Shown here: positions 1 to 7,497 of the stretch, piece after piece
Numbering within the stretch: position 1 is the first letter of the stretch
Layout of the letters: every line of letters begins with the position of its first letter
Assembly: GCA_051891975.1 (NCBI GenBank)
Contig: JBJFFT010000040.1
Coordinates: forward strand, 1 to 40,719
Source of the DNA: Candidatus Spyradenecus sp.
Lineage (GTDB): Bacteria; Verrucomicrobiota; Kiritimatiellia; RFP12; DVOR01
DNA length: 40,719 bases
Direction of reading: 5' to 3'
Made by a program: the position numbers and the translations under genes
The notes under the pieces: model-generated
The model's database searches: none
Told to the model about the DNA's origin: nothing
Seen by the model: only the letters and a program-made list of their open reading frames with translations

Positions 1-11
1 TGGCAAGGCGC

Positions 12-956
12 TTGCGTGGCTTTGATTATTCCCGGCCCTATTTCTATATGGTCACCCTCAAACGCGAGGCCGGGTTCCCGCCCTTCTCGCAGGTGATTGG
101 CGATGCCGCGCGCCATTATCTTGAGCCCAGTGAACTCACCTGGCTCTTTGCCAACATCATCAAAACCTTTCACACCACCTGGTTCTGCATCGAGCCCATC
201 ACTTGCTTCTCGATTATGCCAGATCACATCCACCTGCTCATCAAGCTTCGAGCCACCGAGCCGCGCGTGAGCCTGGCGGTCATCGTGCGCATGTTGATGC
301 GCACGCTCGAGAAGGCCTTCTTCGCATGGCACGCTGGCCACGCAGAGGCGCTGCGTGGCGAGGGTAAGCGTGGTGCCGTTGCCCGCTCCGCCGGGCAACA
401 TCTCTTTGCCTTTGAGTGGCACGATTGGATCGTTGCCCGCGATGACCACCTGGCAGCCTTCACGCGCTACATTCGCGAAAACCCTGCGCGCAGTTGGCTC
501 CGCCGGCAACACGCCGCCTATTTCCAGCGCGTGAATGCGCTCTCCTTCCTCGGGCGCACGTGGTATGGCTACGGCAACCCCGAGTTGTTGAAGCTACCGG
601 TGCTGGAGCCCTTTCGCTGTTCGCGCCATTGGAGCGAAGAGAGCCCCGAATGGCGCGCCGCCCTGGCACGTGCCCAGCGTCTCGGCCCCGGGTGCGCGGG
701 CGTTTCCACCTTTATGAGCCCTTGCGAAAAGGCCTGCGGCCGTGCCCTCGGCCTGTCGGGTGGGCGCTGGGTGGTCCTGTCGCCCGAAGGCTTTGGTGAG
801 CGCTGGCACCCCACGCGCCTCCACGAACGCTTCTGTGCCCAGGGGCGAATGCTCTACCTCTCTCTCTGGCCGGCGATGGCGCGCGAGCCGACCAAGGCCG
901 AGCTCTATCACCGTTGCCACGAAATGGGCGATTGCATAATGGCCGCCCTTTGCTAA
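12..956 (+). CDS. REP-associated tyrosine transposase (RAYT; IS200/IS605-type HUH Y1 transposase-like), 5' end probably outside the window
   Basis: Translation shows YFYMVTLKRE near the N-terminus, the HUH motif in MPDHIHLLIKL, and the catalytic-Tyr helix motif FTRYIRENPARSW. The frame stays open back to nt 3 (ARRL...), so the TTG at 12 may not be the true start. About 150 extra C-terminal residues carry several Cys/His. Confidence 0.8.
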   Translation: MRGFDYSRPYFYMVTLKREAGFPPFSQVIGDAARHYLEPSELTWLFANIIKTFHTTWFCIEPITCFSIMPDHIHLLIKLRATEPRVSLAVIVRMLMRTLEKAFFAWHAGHAEALRGEGKRGAVARSAGQHLFAFEWHDWIVARDDHLAAFTRYIRENPARSWLRRQHAAYFQRVNALSFLGRTWYGYGNPELLKLPVLEPFRCSRHWSEESPEWRAALARAQRLGPGCAGVSTFMSPCEKACGRALGLSGGRWVVLSPEGFGERWHPTRLHERFCAQGRMLYLSLWPAMAREPTKAELYHRCHEMGDCIMAALC

Positions 957-981
957 CCGCTATCAGCTAACCGCTAACAGC
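952..981 (+). repeat. Heptad tandem repeat GCTAACC GCTATCA GCTAACC GCTAACA GC(T); the RAYT stop codon lies inside the first unit
   Basis: Read directly: four 7-nt units at 952, 959, 966, 973. An inverted copy of the same family lies at 7042-7073. Confidence 0.85.
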
Positions 982-992
982 TTCTCTCCCTT

Positions 993-1003
993 TGTGCTAT
1001 ACT
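993..1003 (+). promoter_or_regulatory. Extended -10 promoter candidate TGTGCTATACT
   Basis: TGn + TATACT lies 27 nt upstream of the ATG at 1030, with an AAAGGAG RBS at 1016-1022. The identical 11-mer recurs at 19964-19974 upstream of another gene. Confidence 0.45.
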
Positions 1004-1029
1004 GGGAGGCAAATGAAAGGAGACGTGTT

Positions 1030-1746
1030 ATGAATGGTATGCTGGACCCGGATGCGTTGGCGATGCGCAGTGAGGCGCGGTCGGTGAGCGTGAACCGGAT
1101 TTACAACTTCGTCTATGGTTGGATGGCGGTGGGGTTGGCCATCTCGGGGCTTGTGGCGTGGGTGGTGGCCAACGCGATTCGCGCGGGGGAGTTTCCGCTC
1201 TCGCGGGGGTTGTGGATGGTCTGCGCGCTGGTGGAGGTGGGGCTGGTGATGGCGATCTCGTGGGGCTTCCGGAAGCTCTCGCCGGTGGCGGCGGCGGCGC
1301 TCTTTGCCATCTTCGCAGCGGTGAATGGGGTGACGCTCTCGGTGGTGTTGCTGGTCTATTCTGCGGCGACGGTGCAGTTGACCTTTTTCATCACGGCGGG
1401 GATGTTCGCGGGGATGGCGCTGATTGGCACGCTCTGCGAGCGGAGTCTGGCGGGGATTGGGCGCATCTGCGTGATGGCGCTGTGGGGGGTGATTATCGCC
1501 TCGGTGGTGAATTGGTTTATGCGCTCGAGCGGATTGGACTTTGCGATCTCGCTGATTGGGGTGGCGCTCTTCACGGGGCTGACGGCGTGGGACGCGCAGA
1601 AGGTCAAGCTGTTGGTGGAGCAGGAGGGCGCGTTGGATGGCGCGACGGTGCGCAAGCTGGGAATTCTCTGCGCGCTGGAGCTCTACTTGGACTTTGTGAA
1701 CCTCTTCTTGTATCTCTTGCGCCTCTTGGGCAATCGGAGGAACTGA
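1030..1746 (+). CDS. Bax inhibitor-1/YccA family inner-membrane protein
   Basis: Multi-TM protein with the family-typical N-terminus (SVNRIYNFVYGWMAVGLAISGLVAW) and charged C-terminal tail. ATG 1030 has an AAAGGAG RBS. The GTG at 994 in the ORF track overlaps the promoter. Confidence 0.85.
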   Translation: MNGMLDPDALAMRSEARSVSVNRIYNFVYGWMAVGLAISGLVAWVVANAIRAGEFPLSRGLWMVCALVEVGLVMAISWGFRKLSPVAAAALFAIFAAVNGVTLSVVLLVYSAATVQLTFFITAGMFAGMALIGTLCERSLAGIGRICVMALWGVIIASVVNWFMRSSGLDFAISLIGVALFTGLTAWDAQKVKLLVEQEGALDGATVRKLGILCALELYLDFVNLFLYLLRLLGNRRN

Positions 1747-1749
1747 ACG

Positions 1750-2472
1750 ATGAAGCGACTGATGTGGACCCTGTTGTTGGCGGCTGCGGGTGCGGCTGCG
1801 GTGCGGGCCGAGACGATTATCGGCGTGCAGCTCTTTGATATGTATAAGGTGGAGGCGGTCTCGCTGATGAGCCCGGAGCAGTTCAAGGAGCTCAAGGCGG
1901 AGATTGCCGAGGAGAAGAGCGTCTTCAACAAGGCGATGGCCAAGGTGAAGAAGGATTGGGACAAGCAGTTTGCCGATGCGCGTAAGGCCGGCGACAAGGA
2001 CTTCCCGAAGTATCCCACCAAGCCCTTCGTCTACCTGCGCGAGGTGAAGAGCAAGACCTTTACCACCCAGAAGGCCGCCGATGCCTGGTTCGCCAAGCAG
2101 AAGGGCCGCGTGGATGGCGAGATGGTCGCCCGCCTCAACGCCCAGAAGAACGCGATGAATGCCGCCAAGCGCTTGCTCGATACCGGCTACTCGAGCCGCG
2201 ACGAGAAGAAGAGCCGCAAGAAAGCCGAGAAGGCCGATATGGACAACGCGGTCAAGGAAAAGTTGGCCGAGTTCGTGGAGGTGGAGATGTCCGCCCTGCT
2301 GAAGTTCAACCGGCCTATCAAGCGCCACTACATCTTCGACCCGCTCGTCGGCCCCGACACGCACACCGAGAAGAAGATCGCCGCCTTCGAGGCCGCCTAC
2401 AAGGCCTACCAGGAGCGCAAGGCCAAGGGCGAAGAGCCGGCCGAAGGCGCCGCTCCTGGTGCCGATAAGTAA
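1750..2472 (+). CDS. Secreted Lys/Ala/Glu-rich hypothetical protein (signal peptide MKRLMWTLLLAAAGAAAVRA)
   Basis: Clear Sec signal peptide, normal coding composition, starts 3 nt after the upstream stop. No family recognised. Confidence 0.7.
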   Translation: MKRLMWTLLLAAAGAAAVRAETIIGVQLFDMYKVEAVSLMSPEQFKELKAEIAEEKSVFNKAMAKVKKDWDKQFADARKAGDKDFPKYPTKPFVYLREVKSKTFTTQKAADAWFAKQKGRVDGEMVARLNAQKNAMNAAKRLLDTGYSSRDEKKSRKKAEKADMDNAVKEKLAEFVEVEMSALLKFNRPIKRHYIFDPLVGPDTHTEKKIAAFEAAYKAYQERKAKGEEPAEGAAPGADK

Positions 2473-2501
2473 TCCTTTCCTAGTGATAAGAGGCAACACC
2501 G

Positions 2502-3809
2502 ATGTCCACCCCTGCCATTGCGATTCACCCCTGGTCCCTCGACAACCCCACCCCCGAGGTGGAGGCCTTCCTCCGCCGCCCGGCCTTTGACGAACGCGCC
2601 GAAGCCGCCGCCGCCAAGTGCCTAGCCGACATCCGCGAGCGCGGCCTGGAGGCGGTCCTCGATGCCTGCCGCACCTTCGACAAGGCCGAGCTGAGCGCCG
2701 AGACTATCCGCGTCACCGAAGCCGAGCTCGACGCCGCCGAAGCGAAGTGCGACGAGACGGTCAAGCGCGCCATCCACCAGGCCGCCGAGCGCATCGAGGC
2801 CTTCGCCAAGGCCGGGCTGCGCGCCGATTGGACGATCCCCACCCCCCACGGCGGGCGCTTGGGCGAGCGCTTCCACGCGATGGACCGCGTGGGCGTTTAC
2901 ATCCCCGGCGGCACCGCGCCGCTGGCCTCCACCTCGCTGATGACCGTGGTGCTGGCGAAGGCCGCCGGCTGCCGGGAGATTGTGGCCTGCACGCCCAGCC
3001 GCGGCGGGTTGGAGGTCTCCGCGCCCCTGCTCTACGCCCTGCGCGTGGCCGGGGCCACGGAGGTCTACCGCGTGGGCGGGATTCAGTCGATTGGGATGAT
3101 GGCCTATGGCGCGGGGATTGCGCCGGTGGAGCTGATTGCCGGGCCGGGCAACGCCTTTGTGACGGCCGCCAAGCGCCAGGTCTACGGCACGGTGGCCATC
3201 GACCAGGTGGCCGGGCCCTCGGAGATTTGCGTGCTCGCCGACCAGGCCGGCAAGGCCAAGTGGATTGCCGCCGACCTCCTCTCGCAGGCCGAGCACGGCA
3301 GCGGGCTGGAGAAGAGCTTCCTGGTCACCGATTCGGCGGACTTTGCCGAGGCGGTCAAGGCCGAGGTCTTGGCGCAGACGGCCGTGCGCAACCGCCGGGA
3401 GATCATCGAGCGGATGATGGCCAATGGCGGGATGTGCTTCGCGGTGGTGCCCAACCTGGCGCGTGATGGCGTGGCACTCTGCAACCGTTTCGCCGCCGAA
3501 CACCTAGAGCTGCAGGTGGCCGACGCCGAGGCCATCCTCCCGCTCATCAACTGCGCCGGGGCCGTCTTCGTCGGCTACTGGACGCCTGAGAGCGCGGGCG
3601 ACTTCGTGGCCGGCCCGAGCCACGTCCTGCCCACGGGCGGGGCCGCGCGGATGTTTAGCGGCCTTACCGCCGAGACCTTCCGCCGCCGCAGTTCCTTCGT
3701 GGAGTTCTCGCAGGCCGACCTGGCCGAGACGCGCGAAGCCATCGAGACCTTTGGCCGCCTGGAGGGGCTCGACGCCCACGCCTACGCGGCTACGGTCCGC
3801 TTTGAGTAA
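2502..3809 (+). CDS. hisD: Histidinol dehydrogenase
   Basis: Full-length match by eye to HisD: VGVYIPGG, QVAGPSEI, SQAEHGSG, AAEHLELQV, GDFVAGPSHVLPTGG. AAGAGG RBS upstream. Confidence 0.95.
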   Translation: MSTPAIAIHPWSLDNPTPEVEAFLRRPAFDERAEAAAAKCLADIRERGLEAVLDACRTFDKAELSAETIRVTEAELDAAEAKCDETVKRAIHQAAERIEAFAKAGLRADWTIPTPHGGRLGERFHAMDRVGVYIPGGTAPLASTSLMTVVLAKAAGCREIVACTPSRGGLEVSAPLLYALRVAGATEVYRVGGIQSIGMMAYGAGIAPVELIAGPGNAFVTAAKRQVYGTVAIDQVAGPSEICVLADQAGKAKWIAADLLSQAEHGSGLEKSFLVTDSADFAEAVKAEVLAQTAVRNRREIIERMMANGGMCFAVVPNLARDGVALCNRFAAEHLELQVADAEAILPLINCAGAVFVGYWTPESAGDFVAGPSHVLPTGGAARMFSGLTAETFRRRSSFVEFSQADLAETREAIETFGRLEGLDAHAYAATVRFE

Positions 3810-3825
3810 GCGAAAGGAGGGCGCG

Positions 3826-4728
3826 ATGAGCGGCTTTTCGCGGTGGTGCTGCGCGCTCGTGGCCGGGCTCAGCCTGGCGGTGATGGGGCGCGCGCAAGAG
3901 GCGCCCAAGGGCGGTTTCGAGCTCGGCCGGCCGGATTACCCGGTGATGCTGGCCGGCAATGCCTACTACGTCCTCCTCAACCCCGATGGCTCAGAGGTCC
4001 GCCGCTGGCGCGGGAATAACAACAACGACGGCTGGCTGCTGCCCAACGGCCACCTCCTCGGCGCCACCAGTCAGGCCGAGGAGTGGGACGAGCAGGGCAA
4101 CAAGGTCTGGGAATATGTGGCCAAGGACACCACTGGCGGGGCCATCTTCAGCTGCCAGCGCCTCCCCAACGGCAACACCCTCATCGCCGAGAACAGCACC
4201 GGCCGCGTCCTGGAAGTGACCCCCGAGGGCGAGCAGGTCAACTGCCTCCAGCTGCCCCTCAACAAGAGTAACCGCCACCAGACCCTCCGAATGGCTCGCC
4301 GCTACCCCGATGGCACCACCCTCGTCTGCCGCTCGGGCGCCAACACCGTCGAGCTCTACAACCCGATGGGCGAGTGCACCTGGTCTCAGAAGGTCCCCGG
4401 CCTGGCCTTCGCGGCGGTGCTCGACGGCGAGCGCAACGTCTACATCGCCAGCCTCGGGCAGCTGCAGAAGTGGTCGCCCACCCACGAGCTGCTCTGGGAG
4501 TTCAAGCCCAAAGCGCTGGGTCTGCCCATTGTCAATATGACTGGCATCCACCTGCTGCCCAATGGCAACCTCGTTGTCGGCTGTTATGGCTACGGCCCGC
4601 AACACTACGGCGCCTTCGAGGTCACCCCCGCCAAGCAGCTCCGCTGGGCTTACCGCTCCGGCCGCAAGTGGGATAGCCACATGGCCGTCCAGCTTCTCGA
4701 CCCGGCAATTCAATCGCCCTTGCGCTGA
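3826..4728 (+). CDS. Secreted beta-propeller-like repeat protein
   Basis: ATG 3826 is preceded by AAAGGAGG. Signal peptide MSGFSRWCCALVAGLSLAVMGRAQE. Recurrent LPNG(H/N) blade-like motifs. The upstream extension to 3751 overlaps the hisD 3' end. Confidence 0.75.
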   Translation: MSGFSRWCCALVAGLSLAVMGRAQEAPKGGFELGRPDYPVMLAGNAYYVLLNPDGSEVRRWRGNNNNDGWLLPNGHLLGATSQAEEWDEQGNKVWEYVAKDTTGGAIFSCQRLPNGNTLIAENSTGRVLEVTPEGEQVNCLQLPLNKSNRHQTLRMARRYPDGTTLVCRSGANTVELYNPMGECTWSQKVPGLAFAAVLDGERNVYIASLGQLQKWSPTHELLWEFKPKALGLPIVNMTGIHLLPNGNLVVGCYGYGPQHYGAFEVTPAKQLRWAYRSGRKWDSHMAVQLLDPAIQSPLR

Positions 4729-4740
4729 CGCGCAACGGCT

Positions 4741-4763
4741 CGATAGGCGATAGACGATAGGCG
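4741..4763 (+). repeat. Heptad tandem repeat CGATAGG CGATAGA CGATAGG CG
   Basis: Read directly, 13 nt after the stop at 4728. TAG at 4744, 4751 and 4758 falls in all three + frames. Confidence 0.85.
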
Positions 4764-4886
4764 TGAACGCTGGCGCCAGCAGTGGAGAGCCCGGCCCAAA
4801 CTCAAAGCTTTGGCTTGCCCGTCGCGGCACGCGCTTCGCGCCTATCGCGAGCCGTGCGGAGCGCGGCGAGTTTTCCCGTCTATCGA

Positions 4887-4904
4887 GAACTGCCGTGGCA
4901 GTTC
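4887..4904. promoter_or_regulatory. Perfect 18-bp palindrome GAACTGCC GT GGCAGTTC upstream of the 694-aa ORF
   Basis: Read directly. Sits 56 nt upstream of ATG 4960, next to two forward CTATCG motifs (4842-4847, 4880-4885) that mirror the CGATAG heptads. Confidence 0.35.
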
Positions 4905-4959
4905 GCTGTAACCTTTCTCCCGCTCGTGCGTATTCCCGGCAAAGACACAGGAGTCCCCG

Positions 4960-7044
4960 ATGATCAATCTCGATGCCCTTCGCAATGTGAATGCCTCCCG
5001 CACGCTGGTGCTCAACCGCGCCGGCGATGACCTGGTCCAGAACAAGACCTTCCAGAAGATTAAGTCCTTCTTCAATATCGGCTCGGCCCGGGCGGAGAAC
5101 CGCCAGACGCTCGATGCCATCCGCACCGCCATCCTCAACGACCCGCGCTTCAACGGCTCGGGCGACCTCGCCGCGCAGGAGCTCGACCGCCTCCTCGGCG
5201 AAGTGCGCACCGACCGCGCCATCCGCGCCGGCCAAATCACCTCCATCCTCTCCCAGATGGACGCCTTTGTGGCCCAGCCGCGCGTTCAGTGGCGGGCGCT
5301 ACATCTGCGCATCGAGGCGCGCCTGGCGGCCACGCCGCGCCCCCCGGCCCTCGCGCAGTTGACCGACGCGCAGTATGCCGAGATTGCCACGAAGGTCCTC
5401 TGCACCTCGGCCAACGGCAACCCGCAGTCCCTCGATGTGCCCACCGCCCTCGCCCAGCTCAACGAGAAGCTCGAAGCCCTGATGCCGCGCATCAACCAGA
5501 CCCCCTTCATCCGCGACATCCTCTTGAAGAACGTCGCCCGCCACTTTATGGTCTCGCTCGACGACCTGAGCGCGCACATCGAGGGCAAGGTCGCCGCCTT
5601 CGAGAACGCCCTCAGCCAGTTGCCCGAAGTGCCCAACGCCGAGGAGGCCGGGCGCTACCGCGAGTGCTGCATCGACCTGCTGCGCGCCCTGGAAAAGCCC
5701 GTCGACCCCCGCCTCTTCCAGGTCCTCAAGGCCTTTACCGACCAGCTCCCGATGGCCGATCTCCAAGCGCTCATTCACAGCCCCGAGCCGCCCACCTCCG
5801 ATGCCATCCTCCACGCGGTGGGCAAGTTCCTCGATGCCGCGCAGGACAACACCCGCCTGGCCACCTTCTACCCTGAGGGCATGGAGATCCTCAACGGCGG
5901 CGACGAGAGCACCACCCTCTCCATCTTCGCCGCTTACACCGCCCTCCTGCGTCTGCCGGCCGCCGACCGCGCCGCCCTCCACGCTCTCCTCGGCAGCCCC
6001 GCCGGCCAGAATGTCGGCAAGCTCTTCCTCTCCCTCACCTGCAACTCGGTGCAGCAGGCCAACGCCAACGCCCTCGCCGTCCTCCGCCAAAACCTCGAGC
6101 GCTTCGACAACCTCCAGCCCATCGCGCCCGACCCCGCCCCCGTCGATCTCTCCGCCTTCTCCGCGCAGACCCTCACCGACCTCTCCCCCCTGGACACCTG
6201 CTTCACCGGTGACTTCGCCAGCGGCCTGCGCAAACTCCTCACCAACATTCCCGCCACCATCGACACCCCCGCGCCCACCGACCTCTCCAAGAACCCCACC
6301 GTCGAGAACTTCAAGCGCGCCGTCCGCCCCTCCGTCAAGACAATGGTCGCCACCTCCTTCGCCTACGATATGAAGGCCGCCCTCTGCGGCGAGACCACCA
6401 CCTTCCAGAAGGACATCGTCCGCGATATGCACGTCTACCTGCCCGACGGCACCCAGTTGCCCGCGGACTTCAACGCGGCCCGCGACCGCCTCGCCGCCCT
6501 CGTCACCGGCAATCCGCAGACCACCTACGCGCAGGCCCCCGAGGCCGTCCGCCACAAAGTCTGCTTCATCACCGCCCTCCTCTCGCAGGAGATCGAGAAG
6601 GTCTGCTATATGGGAATGCCCCTCGCCCTCAATAACGAGGAGTCCGCCCCCGTCTTCTCCACCGTCGGCCGCCAAGGCACCAACGACGACCGCCGCACCT
6701 TCCATCTCGCCCTCACCGATGATGGCGGCCTCTCCATTCGCTATGAGCGCCACAGCCCGATAATGATGCTTATGCGCCAGGGCGATCGGGACTTTGCCCG
6801 CGTGGGCGAAGGCTCCTACGAAGCCTACAACCTCTCCATCAACGTCCCCGGCGCCGAAGTCAACCGCCTCCTCCAGGCCGACTGGCAGAATGCCGACTTC
6901 TCCAGCCTCTCCAACCGCCTCTCCCACCCCAAGGGCCCCGGTGACTTCGGCAACATCTTCTACGCCGTCCCCGCCTCCTGCCGCCTCGATGCCCAGGTCG
7001 ACTTCGGCCTCCACCTCCACGCCAACGCGCTGCAAGAAGCATAG
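4960..7044 (+). CDS. Large orphan hypothetical protein (694 aa, no signal peptide, no TM segments)
   Basis: Long ORF with normal coding composition, GGAG RBS-like sequence upstream, ATG start. No family recognised by eye. Confidence 0.75.
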   Translation: MINLDALRNVNASRTLVLNRAGDDLVQNKTFQKIKSFFNIGSARAENRQTLDAIRTAILNDPRFNGSGDLAAQELDRLLGEVRTDRAIRAGQITSILSQMDAFVAQPRVQWRALHLRIEARLAATPRPPALAQLTDAQYAEIATKVLCTSANGNPQSLDVPTALAQLNEKLEALMPRINQTPFIRDILLKNVARHFMVSLDDLSAHIEGKVAAFENALSQLPEVPNAEEAGRYRECCIDLLRALEKPVDPRLFQVLKAFTDQLPMADLQALIHSPEPPTSDAILHAVGKFLDAAQDNTRLATFYPEGMEILNGGDESTTLSIFAAYTALLRLPAADRAALHALLGSPAGQNVGKLFLSLTCNSVQQANANALAVLRQNLERFDNLQPIAPDPAPVDLSAFSAQTLTDLSPLDTCFTGDFASGLRKLLTNIPATIDTPAPTDLSKNPTVENFKRAVRPSVKTMVATSFAYDMKAALCGETTTFQKDIVRDMHVYLPDGTQLPADFNAARDRLAALVTGNPQTTYAQAPEAVRHKVCFITALLSQEIEKVCYMGMPLALNNEESAPVFSTVGRQGTNDDRRTFHLALTDDGGLSIRYERHSPIMMLMRQGDRDFARVGEGSYEAYNLSINVPGAEVNRLLQADWQNADFSSLSNRLSHPKGPGDFGNIFYAVPASCRLDAQVDFGLHLHANALQEA

Positions 7045-7073
7045 CGGTTAGCTGTTAGCGGCTAGCGGTTAGC
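7042..7073 (-). repeat. Heptad tandem repeat, inverted copy of the 952-981 family (TAGC GGTTAGC TGTTAGC GGCTAGC GGTTAGC)
   Basis: Read directly. The reverse complement reads GCTAACC GCTAGCC GCTAACA GCTAACC GCTA. The stop codon of the 694-aa ORF (7042-7044) is the first TAG of the array. Confidence 0.85.
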
Positions 7074-7130
7074 GCGCGTTCCGCGACGGACTGGCTGGCT
7101 GTCCCAAAGCCTTAACTTCAACTTCTCCCA

Positions 7131-7173
7131 CACCCCGAGGCAACTCACCCCTGCCCCGGGGTGAATTGTTTTT
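7131..7173 (+). terminator. Possible intrinsic terminator (CACCCCG ... CGGGGTG then AATTGTTTTT)
   Basis: 7-bp GC stem at 7131-7137/7157-7163 followed by a T-rich run. The loop is long (19 nt), so this is weak. Confidence 0.35.
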
Positions 7174-7236
7174 CCCCCGCTTGAATAGCCTCTCCCGCAG
7201 CGATCCTCCAACACCCCCGCCGATACCCCCAAAAAA

Positions 7237-7310
7237 GGTAGGGCCTACCTCGAGTCGAGGTAGGGCCTAGGTCGAGGCGAGGTAGGCCCTAGGTCGAAAT
7301 GAGGTAGGCG
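7237..7310. repeat. REP-like array 1 (about 3.5 units of GAGGTAGGGCCTA(CC/GG)TC, 22-nt register)
   Basis: Units begin at 7257, 7279 and 7301, preceded by AAAAAAGGTAGGGCCTACCTCGAG. Lies in the intergenic region. Confidence 0.9.
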
Positions 7311-7394
7311 CGGGGGAAAAATGTGGGTGCCGCGGAGAGTGGCCAAGCAACCGCAGGGAGGGAGACGCCGATGGCTCGCTGCAGCCGGGGGGAG

Positions 7395-7424
7395 TTGCGG
7401 GATGGGGCGACGGTGTGGTAGAGT
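7395..7424 (+). promoter_or_regulatory. Promoter candidate: TTGCGG, 18-nt spacer, TGgTAGAGT
   Basis: -35-like hexamer at 7395-7400 and extended -10-like TGGTAGAGT at 7416-7424, 74 nt upstream of ATG 7498. The same TGGTA(A/G)AGTATGGG motif occurs at 39240-39253. Confidence 0.35.
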
Positions 7425-7497
7425 ATGGGCGTATTGTCAAAGGCTTCACGGGGTGCGTTGCGAGCGCATAGCCGTGGAGCCACTTCGGAGAGACAGG

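Noticed and set aside
997-2499. 500-aa minus-strand ORF across the Bax-inhibitor and secreted-protein genes
   Set aside because: The composition is R/H/P/Q-rich and repetitive. It overlaps two well-supported + strand genes and has no RBS or motifs.
7321-7497. Upstream extensions of real genes in the ORF track (7321, 12821, 3751, 33859, 29172, 38995, 31936, 33612)
   Set aside because: The extensions run through REP arrays, promoters or neighbouring genes and translate to R/G/P-rich sequence. Internal ATGs with RBSs give family-typical N-termini or signal peptides.
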